A DNA stretch of 64,000 nucleotides from an uncultured Actinomycetes bacterium (GTDB lineage Bacteria > Actinomycetota > Thermoleophilia > RBG-16-64-13): NCBI GenBank assembly GCA_963706025.1, contig CAVPLM010000005.1:288001-352000 (forward strand). Direction: 5' to 3'. Within the stretch, counting starts at the first letter, position 1; each line of letters starts with the position of its first letter. Shown piece after piece: positions 1 to 8,049 of the stretch. The notes below the pieces were generated by a model. It was not told the origin of the DNA, did no database searches, and was given only the letters and a program-made list of their open reading frames with translations. The position numbers were made by a program, and so were the translations under genes.

Positions 1-1198
1 CCGTCTCAGCTTCGGCCGCCGGTCCCACCAGTCCCGGGTCGCAGGAGTCGACGGCCCAAAGGCGATATTGATAGCTGTTCGGTGTCACACCACTGCCCCA
101 CGGATCCAGCTCGGCCCCAACGTTACCTTGGTCGGTGTAACTGGTCGCCTTGGGGTCGAGGGCGGATGCCAGAGGGGTCCATCCTGACCAGCCTCCCCCG
201 TCCCACTTGCCGCGTTCGAGCACGTAGTAGGCGCGGTCCCGTTCCGGACCGCCGGCCCAGGTGAGCACCACCGTCTGATTGTCGGCCTGGGGAGTCGCCA
301 CGAAGTCGGTGGGCGCCGTGGGCGCGCCCTTCTCGACGCGCGCTCGGAGCCGCCAGACGTTGCCGGGCTCGTCGTACTCGTTGTACGCCACGGCCCGCAT
401 CTCCCAGTAACCGTCTGGGATGGACCAGGCGTCGAAGTCGTACTCGAACCAGACGTCGTCGACCTTGCCATCGGCATCCGTGGAGTAGCGCAGGTAGGTA
501 TTGGTGATCTTGAAATCGTCATCCGGGTCGCCCAGTGGCACCGATTGGCCGTCCTCGTCGAAGAAGACCAGGCGCGTGTACACATCGCGGGCCGCCATGC
601 CTACCTGGTCGAGATTGCGATAGACCAGTCCCCAGTCTGCTTGGGCGATATGACAGCGGGCCTTGGTCGTGCTGCCTATGAGGGGGAACGGACTGTCCAA
701 GGGGTCGGATGAGGTCGGCTCGATCTCCAGCAGCGCTATGCGCGGCCCCAGGAACTGCTGGTGAATGAGGGTGGTGATCGCGGCGGCTGATACTCTGGGC
801 GGCTCGATCCAGCCCACGTTCACGGTCACTTTCTTGAGCGTGCCTTCTTCATAAGCGGACTCCTCCACCACATATGTGATGTCGAAGTTCAGATCGCGCT
901 GGGCCGCCGACGAGCCAAAACGCTCTGTAAGTGACGGCAAGCCCTTGTCTATCGCCTCTTGCTCTTCGATCTCACGGTAGTCGAGTTGCCTGATTTGCTC
1001 CATGCGCTCACGGGCCACGTTGGTGGCGATGCTCTTGTAGCGCACGGTTGAGGCCTGGCTCAGACCACCGAGGAAGAACGGCACTATGCCGGCCATGGCG
1101 AACAACAGCAACAAAACGGCCACCATGATCTCGATGAGCGTGAAACCCTGGGCGGCCAGATGACTCTTGAACCTGTTTCGTATGCCTCTGATCGACAT
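1..1198 (-). CDS. Prepilin-type N-terminal protein with fibronectin type III-like domain (minor pilin/adhesin); 3' end runs off the window
   Basis: Manual translation from ATG 1198 (RBS GAGGAG/AAAGG): MSIRGIRNRFKSHLAAQG|FTLIEIMVAVLLLLFAMAG (class III signal, E5). Same frame near the left edge reads APTAPTDFVATPQADNQTVVLTWAGG...SYTD...YQYRLWAVD (FN3-like). Absent from ORF track because it has no stop in the window. Confidence 0.85.
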   Translation of the reverse strand, partial: MSIRGIRNRFKSHLAAQGFTLIEIMVAVLLLLFAMAGIVPFFLGGLSQASTVRYKSIATNVARERMEQIRQLDYREIEEQEAIDKGLPSLTERFGSSAAQRDLNFDITYVVEESAYEEGTLKKVTVNVGWIEPPRVSAAAITTLIHQQFLGPRIALLEIEPTSSDPLDSPFPLIGSTTKARCHIAQADWGLVYRNLDQVGMAARDVYTRLVFFDEDGQSVPLGDPDDDFKITNTYLRYSTDADGKVDDVWFEYDFDAWSIPDGYWEMRAVAYNEYDEPGNVWRLRARVEKGAPTAPTDFVATPQADNQTVVLTWAGGPERDRAYYVLERGKWDGGGWSGWTPLASALDPKATSYTDQGNVGAELDPWGSGVTPNSYQYRLWAVDSCDPGLVGPAAEAET

Positions 1199-1296
1199 CG
1201 CCTTTCTGCTCCTCTCGCGATCCCGGGAGACCGACCGGCGGGTGGTGACCGTTGACGGGGACGTCAAAGCGGCCGGTTTCCCGCTCTTGACCCAGG

Positions 1297-1324
1297 ATAT
1301 CGGCACACAGAGTGCAATTCTTTA
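1297..1324 (-). promoter_or_regulatory. Sigma-28 (FliA/SigD/WhiG-type) promoter for the leftward pilin-adhesin gene
   Basis: Minus strand TAAA-N16-GCCGATAT. Confidence 0.75.
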
Positions 1325-1466
1325 GCGTTTCGAAGAACCTCGCGCACCTCGCGCATATAGAGTGAGCGGCCGCTCTGGCGGCCTTGGACGGTCGGTGGGT
1401 CTGTCGCCTCTGCGCTACCCATGAGAAAACAGCGCCACTCTCGGTCAAAAGTCGTAGCCTCATAGC

Positions 1467-1493
1467 TAAAGTCCTGCGCCAAAGTGCCGATAT
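1467..1493 (+). promoter_or_regulatory. Sigma-28 (FliA/SigD/WhiG-type) promoter for the major pilin
   Basis: TAAA-N15-GCCGATAT about 107 nt upstream of the pilin ATG. Confidence 0.8.
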
Positions 1494-1599
1494 CAGGAGC
1501 ACGCATTCTTATGGGTGTGCCGGACCGCGACAACCCGTCCGGTCCGCAAATCGCAAAGGGCCCGCAAAGCAGCAACAACAGCAGAAGGAGGAACAGGTA

Positions 1600-2079
1600 A
1601 TGCTCAGTCTGATCCGCAAAAGGATGAGGGGGGAAAAGGGCTTCACCCTCATCGAACTCCTGGTGGTGATCATCATCATCGCCATCCTGGCCGCGATCGC
1701 GATCCCGACCTTCCTCGGCCAGCGCCAGAAGGCTCAGGACGCAGCCGCCAAGTCCCTGGTCCGCAATGGTATGATGGCTGTCGAGTCCGCCTATGCCGAC
1801 ACGCGTGACTTCACACTTGTTACCGCCGCCATGCTGACCGCCATCGAACCGTCGATCGTGTTCACAATTGCGGCTGCGGCAGCCACAGCCCCGACCGCTC
1901 TCGCCTCGGCGAACGGGGTCAATGTCGACAACGGGATAGCCGCGGCTGCTTACGGGGTTGGCACTGTTTCGCAGTCCGCCAAGACCTTCGGCGTCGCAGT
2001 CAACAAGAGCGCAGCGGTGATCGCTGGCCTCAATCCCGGCAATACCTTTTACATCAATGGTGCCGCGGCAACCTGGTAG
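1600..2079 (+). CDS. pilA: Type IV major pilin (PilA-like)
   Basis: RBS AGGAGG, MLSLIRKRMRGEKG|FTLIELLVVIIIIAILAAIAIPTF; followed by a terminator hairpin. Confidence 0.9.
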   Translation: MLSLIRKRMRGEKGFTLIELLVVIIIIAILAAIAIPTFLGQRQKAQDAAAKSLVRNGMMAVESAYADTRDFTLVTAAMLTAIEPSIVFTIAAAAATAPTALASANGVNVDNGIAAAAYGVGTVSQSAKTFGVAVNKSAAVIAGLNPGNTFYINGAAATW

Positions 2080-2135
2080 ACGATCAGAGCCACAACCCCG
2101 CTACACACGAGCGGGCTGAAAGCGAACTGAAGGAC

Positions 2136-2175
2136 GAAGAAGGGCGGCGGCCGGCGGAGGCCGTCGCCCTTCTTC
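2136..2175 (+). terminator. Strong hairpin downstream of the major pilin
   Basis: GAAGAAGGGCGGCGGCC-N6-GGCCGTCGCCCTTCTTC inverted repeat. Confidence 0.75.
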
Positions 2176-2244
2176 TAATCCGGAGAAGAAGCGCCGCCGA
2201 TCCAGAGTGGCGAGCAGAAACGTCAGCGTGAGAAAGGTCAACGA

Positions 2245-2886
2245 ATGAGGTTCAGTCACGGCAACGGGCTTCGTGAGGGTCAGGGGAGGGCTCGGCTGAG
2301 GGTCGCAGGCGTCCCGCTCGTTTCCGTGGCACTGATTGCTCTTTGTCTCGCGGTGCTGGGATGCGGCAATCTCCTGGCGAATGCGCGGGAGTCTGAGGAG
2401 CGAGGTGACCTTAATGGCGCGGTCGCGGGCTATCTGGCGGCGCTGGAGACGGACCCTGACAATCTCGATGCCCTTTCGGGCGCGGCCGTGTGTCTGCTAA
2501 TGCTCCAGCGGCACGATGAGGCTCTCCTCGTGCAGGAACGTCTGGTGGCTCTGGATACCGGAGACGTGCAGACCCGTGTCGAGCTGGGCTTCAATTACCT
2601 CAACCATCAAGATCGGCCGGGCGACGCGGCTCGAGTATTGCGCGAGGCGACGGTGCTGGAGCCCAGCGCCAAGAACCTCACATTTCTCGCCCAAGCCCAG
2701 ATGATCTCAGGCGACAGGGGAGGGGCCGAGCAGACCCTACTACAGGCCATTGACGTAGACCCTCGATACCCCCATGCATACACGACTTTGGTGAGGCTGC
2801 TTGAAGCCGCTGGTCGCGGAAGCGAGGCGGGACAGGTGAAGGCGCAGGCTCTTCAGCAAGGGATCACGATCGCAGAGTCGTCGTGA
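2245..2886 (+). CDS. Tetratricopeptide-repeat protein, probable lipoprotein
   Basis: Hydrophobic stretch ending VLG|C; TPR-like repeats (ALETDPDN, EATVLEPS, AIDVDPRY). Confidence 0.75.
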   Translation: MRFSHGNGLREGQGRARLRVAGVPLVSVALIALCLAVLGCGNLLANARESEERGDLNGAVAGYLAALETDPDNLDALSGAAVCLLMLQRHDEALLVQERLVALDTGDVQTRVELGFNYLNHQDRPGDAARVLREATVLEPSAKNLTFLAQAQMISGDRGGAEQTLLQAIDVDPRYPHAYTTLVRLLEAAGRGSEAGQVKAQALQQGITIAESS

Positions 2887-2926
2887 TTGAGGTGACGAGG
2901 ACCAGAGCGAAAAGGAGTGGTCTGGC

Positions 2927-3427
2927 ATGAGCAAGCGGATGACAAGAAGCGCAGGGAGCGCCGCCGGCTTCACTCTCATCGAACTGCTGGTCGTCATCAT
3001 TATCATAGTCGTCTTGGCCAGCATAGCCATCCCGACGTTCCTTGGACAGCGGGAGAAGGCGCAGGATACGGCTGCCTATACGCTCGTGCGCAACGCTCTC
3101 ACAGCCATGCAGACGGCTTTCGTGGATACCGGCGGTTACACGGGGATCAACGCCGCGATGCTCCAGTCTCTGGACACGAGCTTTGTCTGGATTGACAACG
3201 GCGGGGTTCTCGTGAGCACCAGCCCCCCGGGAATCACTCCAGCGGTCGTTGCCGACGCTGCAAGCAATGAAGTCGCTTTCGCCGTCGAGTCCGATACGGT
3301 TGTCGACCTGGCCAGCCGAAGCAGCAGTGGCAACTGGTTCGGCATCCAGATCGATGTCGTTGATCTCACTGAGACCGGTTACGTCAAGGTCAAGGTCATC
3401 GACGGGAGCGCCGGAATCGGCTGGTAG
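2927..3427 (+). CDS. Second type IV pilin (PilA paralog)
   Basis: AG|FTLIELLVVIIIIVVLASIAIPTFLGQREKAQD. Confidence 0.9.
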   Translation: MSKRMTRSAGSAAGFTLIELLVVIIIIVVLASIAIPTFLGQREKAQDTAAYTLVRNALTAMQTAFVDTGGYTGINAAMLQSLDTSFVWIDNGGVLVSTSPPGITPAVVADAASNEVAFAVESDTVVDLASRSSSGNWFGIQIDVVDLTETGYVKVKVIDGSAGIGW

Positions 3428-3540
3428 TGAGACAGCTCGCAGGGGCCGGGTCACGGTTCCGACGAACGCACGCGGACCCGCGCCAACCTCATACCAAGGT
3501 CCGTCTTCCCTGAATCCCTCCCTCCGGTAGCCTCCCCGCT

Positions 3541-4023
3541 ATGGGAAGGCGAATCCACATCTTCAGATCGGGCGGCTACAGCCTGATCGAGCTGCTTCTC
3601 GTCGTTGCAGTGCTCGGCAGCTGTCTCGTGGCCGGTTCGCTGTCGCTCACTCACGGGCTGCGCATGCAAGAAGCGAGGGGAGCGGCGCAGAGTTGGCAGG
3701 CCGCGGCCACGTGGGCCCAGATCGGGGTGCTCTGGCACGGGGGAGCCACTGACGTCAAGTATGCTACTGGACTCCTGGCCCTCTCCCATGACCCGGGACA
3801 ATGCGGCGGCGACTTGGGTCCATCGGCGCCCGCGGTCCCGGTCCGCACCAACCTCGCCCGGTGGCGCGAAAGCGAAGGCGTGAAGGTATCGTTCACGGGG
3901 GCTTTCGCGTCGCCGGATGGGGGCGGGTCGCTGTTCTTCGACACGTGGCGGGGGAGCTACCGTGTGGTCGTCCGCCCGGAGAGCGGTCTTACCACCAGGA
4001 CCCGGGTCGAGGTAGGACCGTGA
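3541..4023 (+). CDS. Minor pilin (FimT/GspH-like)
   Basis: GG|YSLIELLLVVAVLG class III signal; C-terminal YRVVVRPESGLT. Confidence 0.75.
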   Translation: MGRRIHIFRSGGYSLIELLLVVAVLGSCLVAGSLSLTHGLRMQEARGAAQSWQAAATWAQIGVLWHGGATDVKYATGLLALSHDPGQCGGDLGPSAPAVPVRTNLARWRESEGVKVSFTGAFASPDGGGSLFFDTWRGSYRVVVRPESGLTTRTRVEVGP

Positions 4024-4736
4024 GAGGGCTCGCGCGAACGAAGACGCTTCGTCCAAGCGACGGCCTGGTACTGATCGAGGTACTGATCGCCATGGTGCTG
4101 CTGGGCTTACTGGTCGTGCCGCTCGTCTCCGGGGTCCAATCGGCCACGGGAAGAGCAGACGCCGTTCGCAGCCAGGCCGCCCAGGTCCGTAATCCGCCCC
4201 AGACCGCCGATAGTGGCGATGCCTGGGAATGGGGAACGACTGTATTGTCGACTTGGTGGCAGCCGGGACCGATCCTCACCGTACAGACGGTGGAGACTGC
4301 CGGCGAAGAACAGATCGCCGGCCTCTGGGTCGATGGCTGGTTTCTTGGCGAACATGAACCGGAGGGCGACGGCACAGTCCGCGTGGAGGCGCCCGTCTGG
4401 TACGGCCACATCGGTGATGAGCTTGTGGTCCGGGTGCGCGCGGCGGCAGGGACCTGGGGGCCACCCTGGCGGCTGGTCGTACCGGCCGCCGACGGCGGGT
4501 CCACGTCTGCGGTCTTGGTGGGCGATGGCGTCGGCGGTGATACGGTCGCGCATGTGCCGGCGCTGGCCAACCCCGCTCTTCAGGTGCCATGGGCAGACAC
4601 TGCCGTCGAGGCGAGTCCTCCAGGTCTACCTTTTCTCTTTCCTTGTCCCGGTACCGGCACGTGCGTGGTCGACCTGGACGGTCGGGAGCAACTCTGGAAG
4701 ACGGAGGCGGGCCGTGGTCTCGACATCTACTTCTGA
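4020..4736 (+). CDS. Minor pilin (PilV/GspI-like)
   Basis: GTG start overlapping upstream stop; DG|LVLIEVLIAMVLLGLLVVP. Confidence 0.7.
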   Translation: MRGLARTKTLRPSDGLVLIEVLIAMVLLGLLVVPLVSGVQSATGRADAVRSQAAQVRNPPQTADSGDAWEWGTTVLSTWWQPGPILTVQTVETAGEEQIAGLWVDGWFLGEHEPEGDGTVRVEAPVWYGHIGDELVVRVRAAAGTWGPPWRLVVPAADGGSTSAVLVGDGVGGDTVAHVPALANPALQVPWADTAVEASPPGLPFLFPCPGTGTCVVDLDGREQLWKTEAGRGLDIYF

Positions 4737-5346
4737 GAGACCGGCCTCGAGGAGGTCGACCAGCAGCGGCGAGCCGGGGTTCACTTTGATCGAGCTCGTA
4801 TGCGGGTTGACGCTCGCGGTGATCCTGGCCTTGGCGGTCGCTCCGCTGTGGGTGTCCCTCCAGACCGGGAGCGCCCGTGAAAGCGACCAGACGGTGCGTC
4901 TGATGCAGGAGAGGGTAGCGGTGAGCCGTTTCGAACGAGACCTCAGGCTTGCCAGCGCAGCTGGTTGCCCGTTCGATCTGAGCGCTCCGATCGTGGAGGC
5001 CAAGCGCTCCCGGGTGGTGCTCGTGACGCAGGCGAGGAGTGGCTCTGCCCCGATCGTGATCGAATGGGAAATCGTCAACGGCTCACTCATGCGGCGATGG
5101 GGAGACTGTCCGCCGACACGGTCGGTCGCACTGGCCGGCGCGGCCTATCGCGACAACAAGACTATGCTCGAAGGCGTACAGAGTGGAAGCTTGTTCACCT
5201 ATATCGTCGGCGGCGTCGTGGCGGCCGCGCCCGCCACCGATGCCGAACTGGCTTCCATCGAGGGAGTGGTCCTCGACCTGCGGGCCAAGAGCGAAGGGGC
5301 CCGGTCCTCCGTCCGTACGGTATCGACAGCTCGCGTGGGCCGATGA
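4714..5346 (+). CDS. Minor pilin (PilW/GspJ-like)
   Basis: RBS GGAGG, GTG start; PG|FTLIELVCGLTLAVILALAV...FERDLRLA. Confidence 0.75.
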   Translation: MVSTSTSERPASRRSTSSGEPGFTLIELVCGLTLAVILALAVAPLWVSLQTGSARESDQTVRLMQERVAVSRFERDLRLASAAGCPFDLSAPIVEAKRSRVVLVTQARSGSAPIVIEWEIVNGSLMRRWGDCPPTRSVALAGAAYRDNKTMLEGVQSGSLFTYIVGGVVAAAPATDAELASIEGVVLDLRAKSEGARSSVRTVSTARVGR

Positions 5347-6479
5347 AGGTCCGATACCAGCATAGGCCCCGCGCGCTTGGCCGCCAGACACGGGGGCCTG
5401 ACAACCGCGGTCTGGGGCCTGACCGCCGGAGCCTGGCGCCTGACCGCGAGGCGGCGGCGCTTGGACGCCAGGCCGGATCGGTACTAATACTGGTCCTGTT
5501 CGCGTGTCTGGCGGTGGCCGTATCGATCCAGGCCTTGTCGACCGTGATCCTCTGCGCGCAGGGGGCCGTGGTGGACGAATCTGCCGGGCGCGGACTCCTG
5601 GCCGAGAGAGATGCGGCCCTGGCGGTGTTGCGCCAGCGAGCGCTGGCGAGCTGGGAGTCGATACCCCGGACGGTCGTGAGAGCCGAGCCTAACGCGGTGG
5701 AGGGCAGTGTCTCCCAGCTGCCGGGCGGCGGAGACTGGGTGCTGGACGCGACGGTCCGGCATGCTCCTGAGGTGTCTCGCTTGGTGACCTCAGGCTGGCT
5801 CGAGAAAGGCCGGGATGGCCTCGATCTACCCCTGGCTGCTCTGGTGGCGGGGGCCCTCGCGGTCGCTGCCGGTCGGGAGTCGCCCTGGCTGGAGCTCGAG
5901 ACAAGCGGGATGTCCGGCGCCTCCGGAGCGGGGACCGATGTGGCCGCCGAAGGATATGTGCGGGTCCTCCCGTCGGAGCCTCTGCTCGGAGAAGGATGTT
6001 CGCTGGTCGGGCTCGAGGATCCATGGCGGCTGGACCCTGGGTGGCGGCGCCTGGGCGCGGAAACGGTGATCCATGACGATACGGGCTCGAGCGAGGATCC
6101 TGCGGTCCTCGGCGAAGCAGGAAGCGTCGCCGCTGGGTCGGGGGTGACGGTGATCACAGGCAGGACAGGGCAGACGGCGTTCTTGCCCGCCGACTGCGGC
6201 GGTCAGGCGCCTGGTTCCCCCTGCCTGATACTCGTGACGGGTGGCATGACTCTCGACGCGCGAACGAGAGGCGACCTGTACGGTGTCATCGTGGTCGATG
6301 ACGGTGACGTGCTGCTTCAGGACACCACCGTGCACGGCGCGGTGTTCGCGACCGGGACCATCGACATGGGTGAAACCGGACGTCTGCTCTTCTCCCGTTC
6401 CATCCTTCGTTGGGCCACCGATCGTTCATTGAACCGGGTGCGCCTTGTGCCGGGCACGCGCGAGGAGGGCATGGAATAG
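5343..6479 (+). CDS. Minor pilin (PilX/GspK-like, lacks E5)
   Basis: ATGA overlap with upstream gene; AG|SVLILVLFACLAVAV; C-terminal YGVIVVDDGDV/VHGAVFATG repeats. Confidence 0.65.
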   Translation: MKVRYQHRPRALGRQTRGPDNRGLGPDRRSLAPDREAAALGRQAGSVLILVLFACLAVAVSIQALSTVILCAQGAVVDESAGRGLLAERDAALAVLRQRALASWESIPRTVVRAEPNAVEGSVSQLPGGGDWVLDATVRHAPEVSRLVTSGWLEKGRDGLDLPLAALVAGALAVAAGRESPWLELETSGMSGASGAGTDVAAEGYVRVLPSEPLLGEGCSLVGLEDPWRLDPGWRRLGAETVIHDDTGSSEDPAVLGEAGSVAAGSGVTVITGRTGQTAFLPADCGGQAPGSPCLILVTGGMTLDARTRGDLYGVIVVDDGDVLLQDTTVHGAVFATGTIDMGETGRLLFSRSILRWATDRSLNRVRLVPGTREEGME

Positions 6480-6503
6480 GCGGCGGACGGTATACTCATC
6501 AAC

Positions 6504-6965
6504 ATGGAGAGCACGAACAACCGGTCGAACGAAGCCGCGGTGTGGAGGATCCGGCGCCGGCGTCTGCGGCTGGAATGCCGGGAGTGCGAGGTCATCTGCG
6601 AACGGGTGGTCTCGCCCTGGCGCTGCCTGAAGTCCAAATGCGCGTTCATCTATTCCTACGAGGATGGCGAGACCACCTACTTCGGCTGCCTGCACAAGGT
6701 GTTCTCGCCGGAGCTCGACCTCGCTGCGTTCGTGGACGGCAAGGGGCGCCCCGGACAGGGGAACGACCCCTATGGGCTGATACGGGTCAGTCGCGCCCCT
6801 CGGCCACATTGCCGTGTGGCGATAGAGCAGGCATACAGCTCCCCCTCTGTCGGCGGAAACTGCTGCAATCCGACGTTCTTTCAGCATCCGGCCGCTCCTT
6901 TGGACGACACGATCCGTCTCACAACCAAGTTCTCCTCTGATCGCAGACCCGATTCCCGGGACTGA
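6504..6965 (+). CDS. Cys-rich hypothetical protein (9 Cys, CxxCxxxC)
   Basis: Clean ORF between pilin operon and rnz; CRECEVIC, CLKSKC, GC, HC, CC. Confidence 0.75.
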   Translation: MESTNNRSNEAAVWRIRRRRLRLECRECEVICERVVSPWRCLKSKCAFIYSYEDGETTYFGCLHKVFSPELDLAAFVDGKGRPGQGNDPYGLIRVSRAPRPHCRVAIEQAYSSPSVGGNCCNPTFFQHPAAPLDDTIRLTTKFSSDRRPDSRD

Positions 6966-6977
6966 CGGGAGCACCCC

Positions 6978-7913
6978 TTGGACCTGCACCTGGTCTTCCT
7001 GGGAACCGCTGGAGCCACCCCGACGGTGGACAGAGGCTCTCCCGCAGTACTCTTGATCCGGGGAGGCGAACGGATCCTCATCGACTGCGGCGAGGGTACC
7101 CAGCGGCAACTCATGCGCTCGGTCGGGCTGGCTAAGATCGGGATGATCCTCCTTACTCACCTTCACGGAGATCACTATCTGGGCCTGCCGGGCCTGCTTA
7201 AGACCCTTAGTCTCCTGGGCAGGGAGGAGCCCCTCCTGCTCTTCGGGCCCGAGGGCCTTTATGAGGTTCTGAGAGAGACCGAGCGTATCGTGGGTAGGCC
7301 CCGCTTTCCTTTTCTAGTGGAGGAAGCCCGTCCTGGACTGGTCCTGGAGACTGCGGACTATCGGCTCGTGACGGCGCCCACCGATCACGGTCTCCCGGGC
7401 TTGGCCTGGTGTATCCAAGAGAAGCCCCGGGCGGGGTTGTTCCACCCCGAATGGGCGGCGGGACTGGGGGTCGCCCCGGGACCCGATTTCGGCCGGCTCC
7501 AACGTGGCGAGACGATCGTGACGGCGGAAGAGAGGGAAGTGAGGCCCGAGGAGGTCATGGAGTCGTCTCGCAAAGGACGCACGATAGTGGTCACCGGGGA
7601 TACCCGGCCGGCCCCAGCGGTGATCGAGTTGGCCAGGGGAGCGTCGGTGCTGGTTCATGACTCTACTTTTGGCGATTCGGAGCGGGAACGGGCTTTGGAG
7701 ACCGGCCATTCGACCGCGCGGGAAGCGGCCGAAGTGGCCTGCGACGCTGAGGTCGGGACGCTTGTCTTGACCCACCTGAGCTCACGCCATCATTGGCGCG
7801 AGCTCCGCGACGAAGCTCGGGCGTTGTTCCCCGGGGCTCTACTGCCACGAGATCTGGACACTCTCGTCGTGCCGTTCCCAGAGAAGGGCGGCGCCCGACT
7901 CGAACGGGTATAA
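6978..7913 (+). CDS. rnz: Ribonuclease Z
   Basis: FLGT, DCGEGTQRQ, THLHGDH, GP-rich exosite (PGPDFGRL), TGDT, HST, THLSSR. Confidence 0.95.
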   Translation: MDLHLVFLGTAGATPTVDRGSPAVLLIRGGERILIDCGEGTQRQLMRSVGLAKIGMILLTHLHGDHYLGLPGLLKTLSLLGREEPLLLFGPEGLYEVLRETERIVGRPRFPFLVEEARPGLVLETADYRLVTAPTDHGLPGLAWCIQEKPRAGLFHPEWAAGLGVAPGPDFGRLQRGETIVTAEEREVRPEEVMESSRKGRTIVVTGDTRPAPAVIELARGASVLVHDSTFGDSERERALETGHSTAREAAEVACDAEVGTLVLTHLSSRHHWRELRDEARALFPGALLPRDLDTLVVPFPEKGGARLERV

Positions 7914-7976
7914 TTGCCCCTCGCCATCGGCCGGCCGCCGCCCAGCGCCGGGCCGCCCGGCGATCACCTTCCTAGC

Positions 7977-8049
7977 GCCCACGTAGCTCAGGGGATAGAG
8001 CACTGGCCTCCGGAGCCAGGTGCCGCAGGTTCGAATCCTGCCGTGGGCA
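7977..8049 (+). tRNA. tRNA-Arg(CCG), CCA not encoded
   Basis: GCCCACG/CGTGGGC acceptor stem, D-arm AGCTCAGGGGATAGAGC, anticodon arm CTGGC-CTCCGGA-GCCAG, T-loop GGTTCGAATCC. Confidence 0.95.

Noticed and set aside
1545-1575. c-di-GMP-I riboswitch suggested by GCAAA repeats
   Set aside because: Lacks the GGCAAAC-stem-GNRA-stem-GACGCAAA architecture and the second hairpin.
1384-1599. N-terminal extension with poly-Q in the ORF track
   Set aside because: It spans the promoter and leader; the real start is ATG 1600 after AGGAGG.
1600-3427. Conductive (e-)pili: pilin 1 resembles Geobacter PilA, with aromatics at 1, 24, 51 and 57
   Set aside because: Positions 27 and 32 are Gln; my count gives about 7% and 8% aromatics for the two pilins, below the commonly used 9% heuristic.
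7977-8049. tRNA as integration site for a genomic island
   Set aside because: No integrase and no duplicate of the tRNA 3' end seen in the window.
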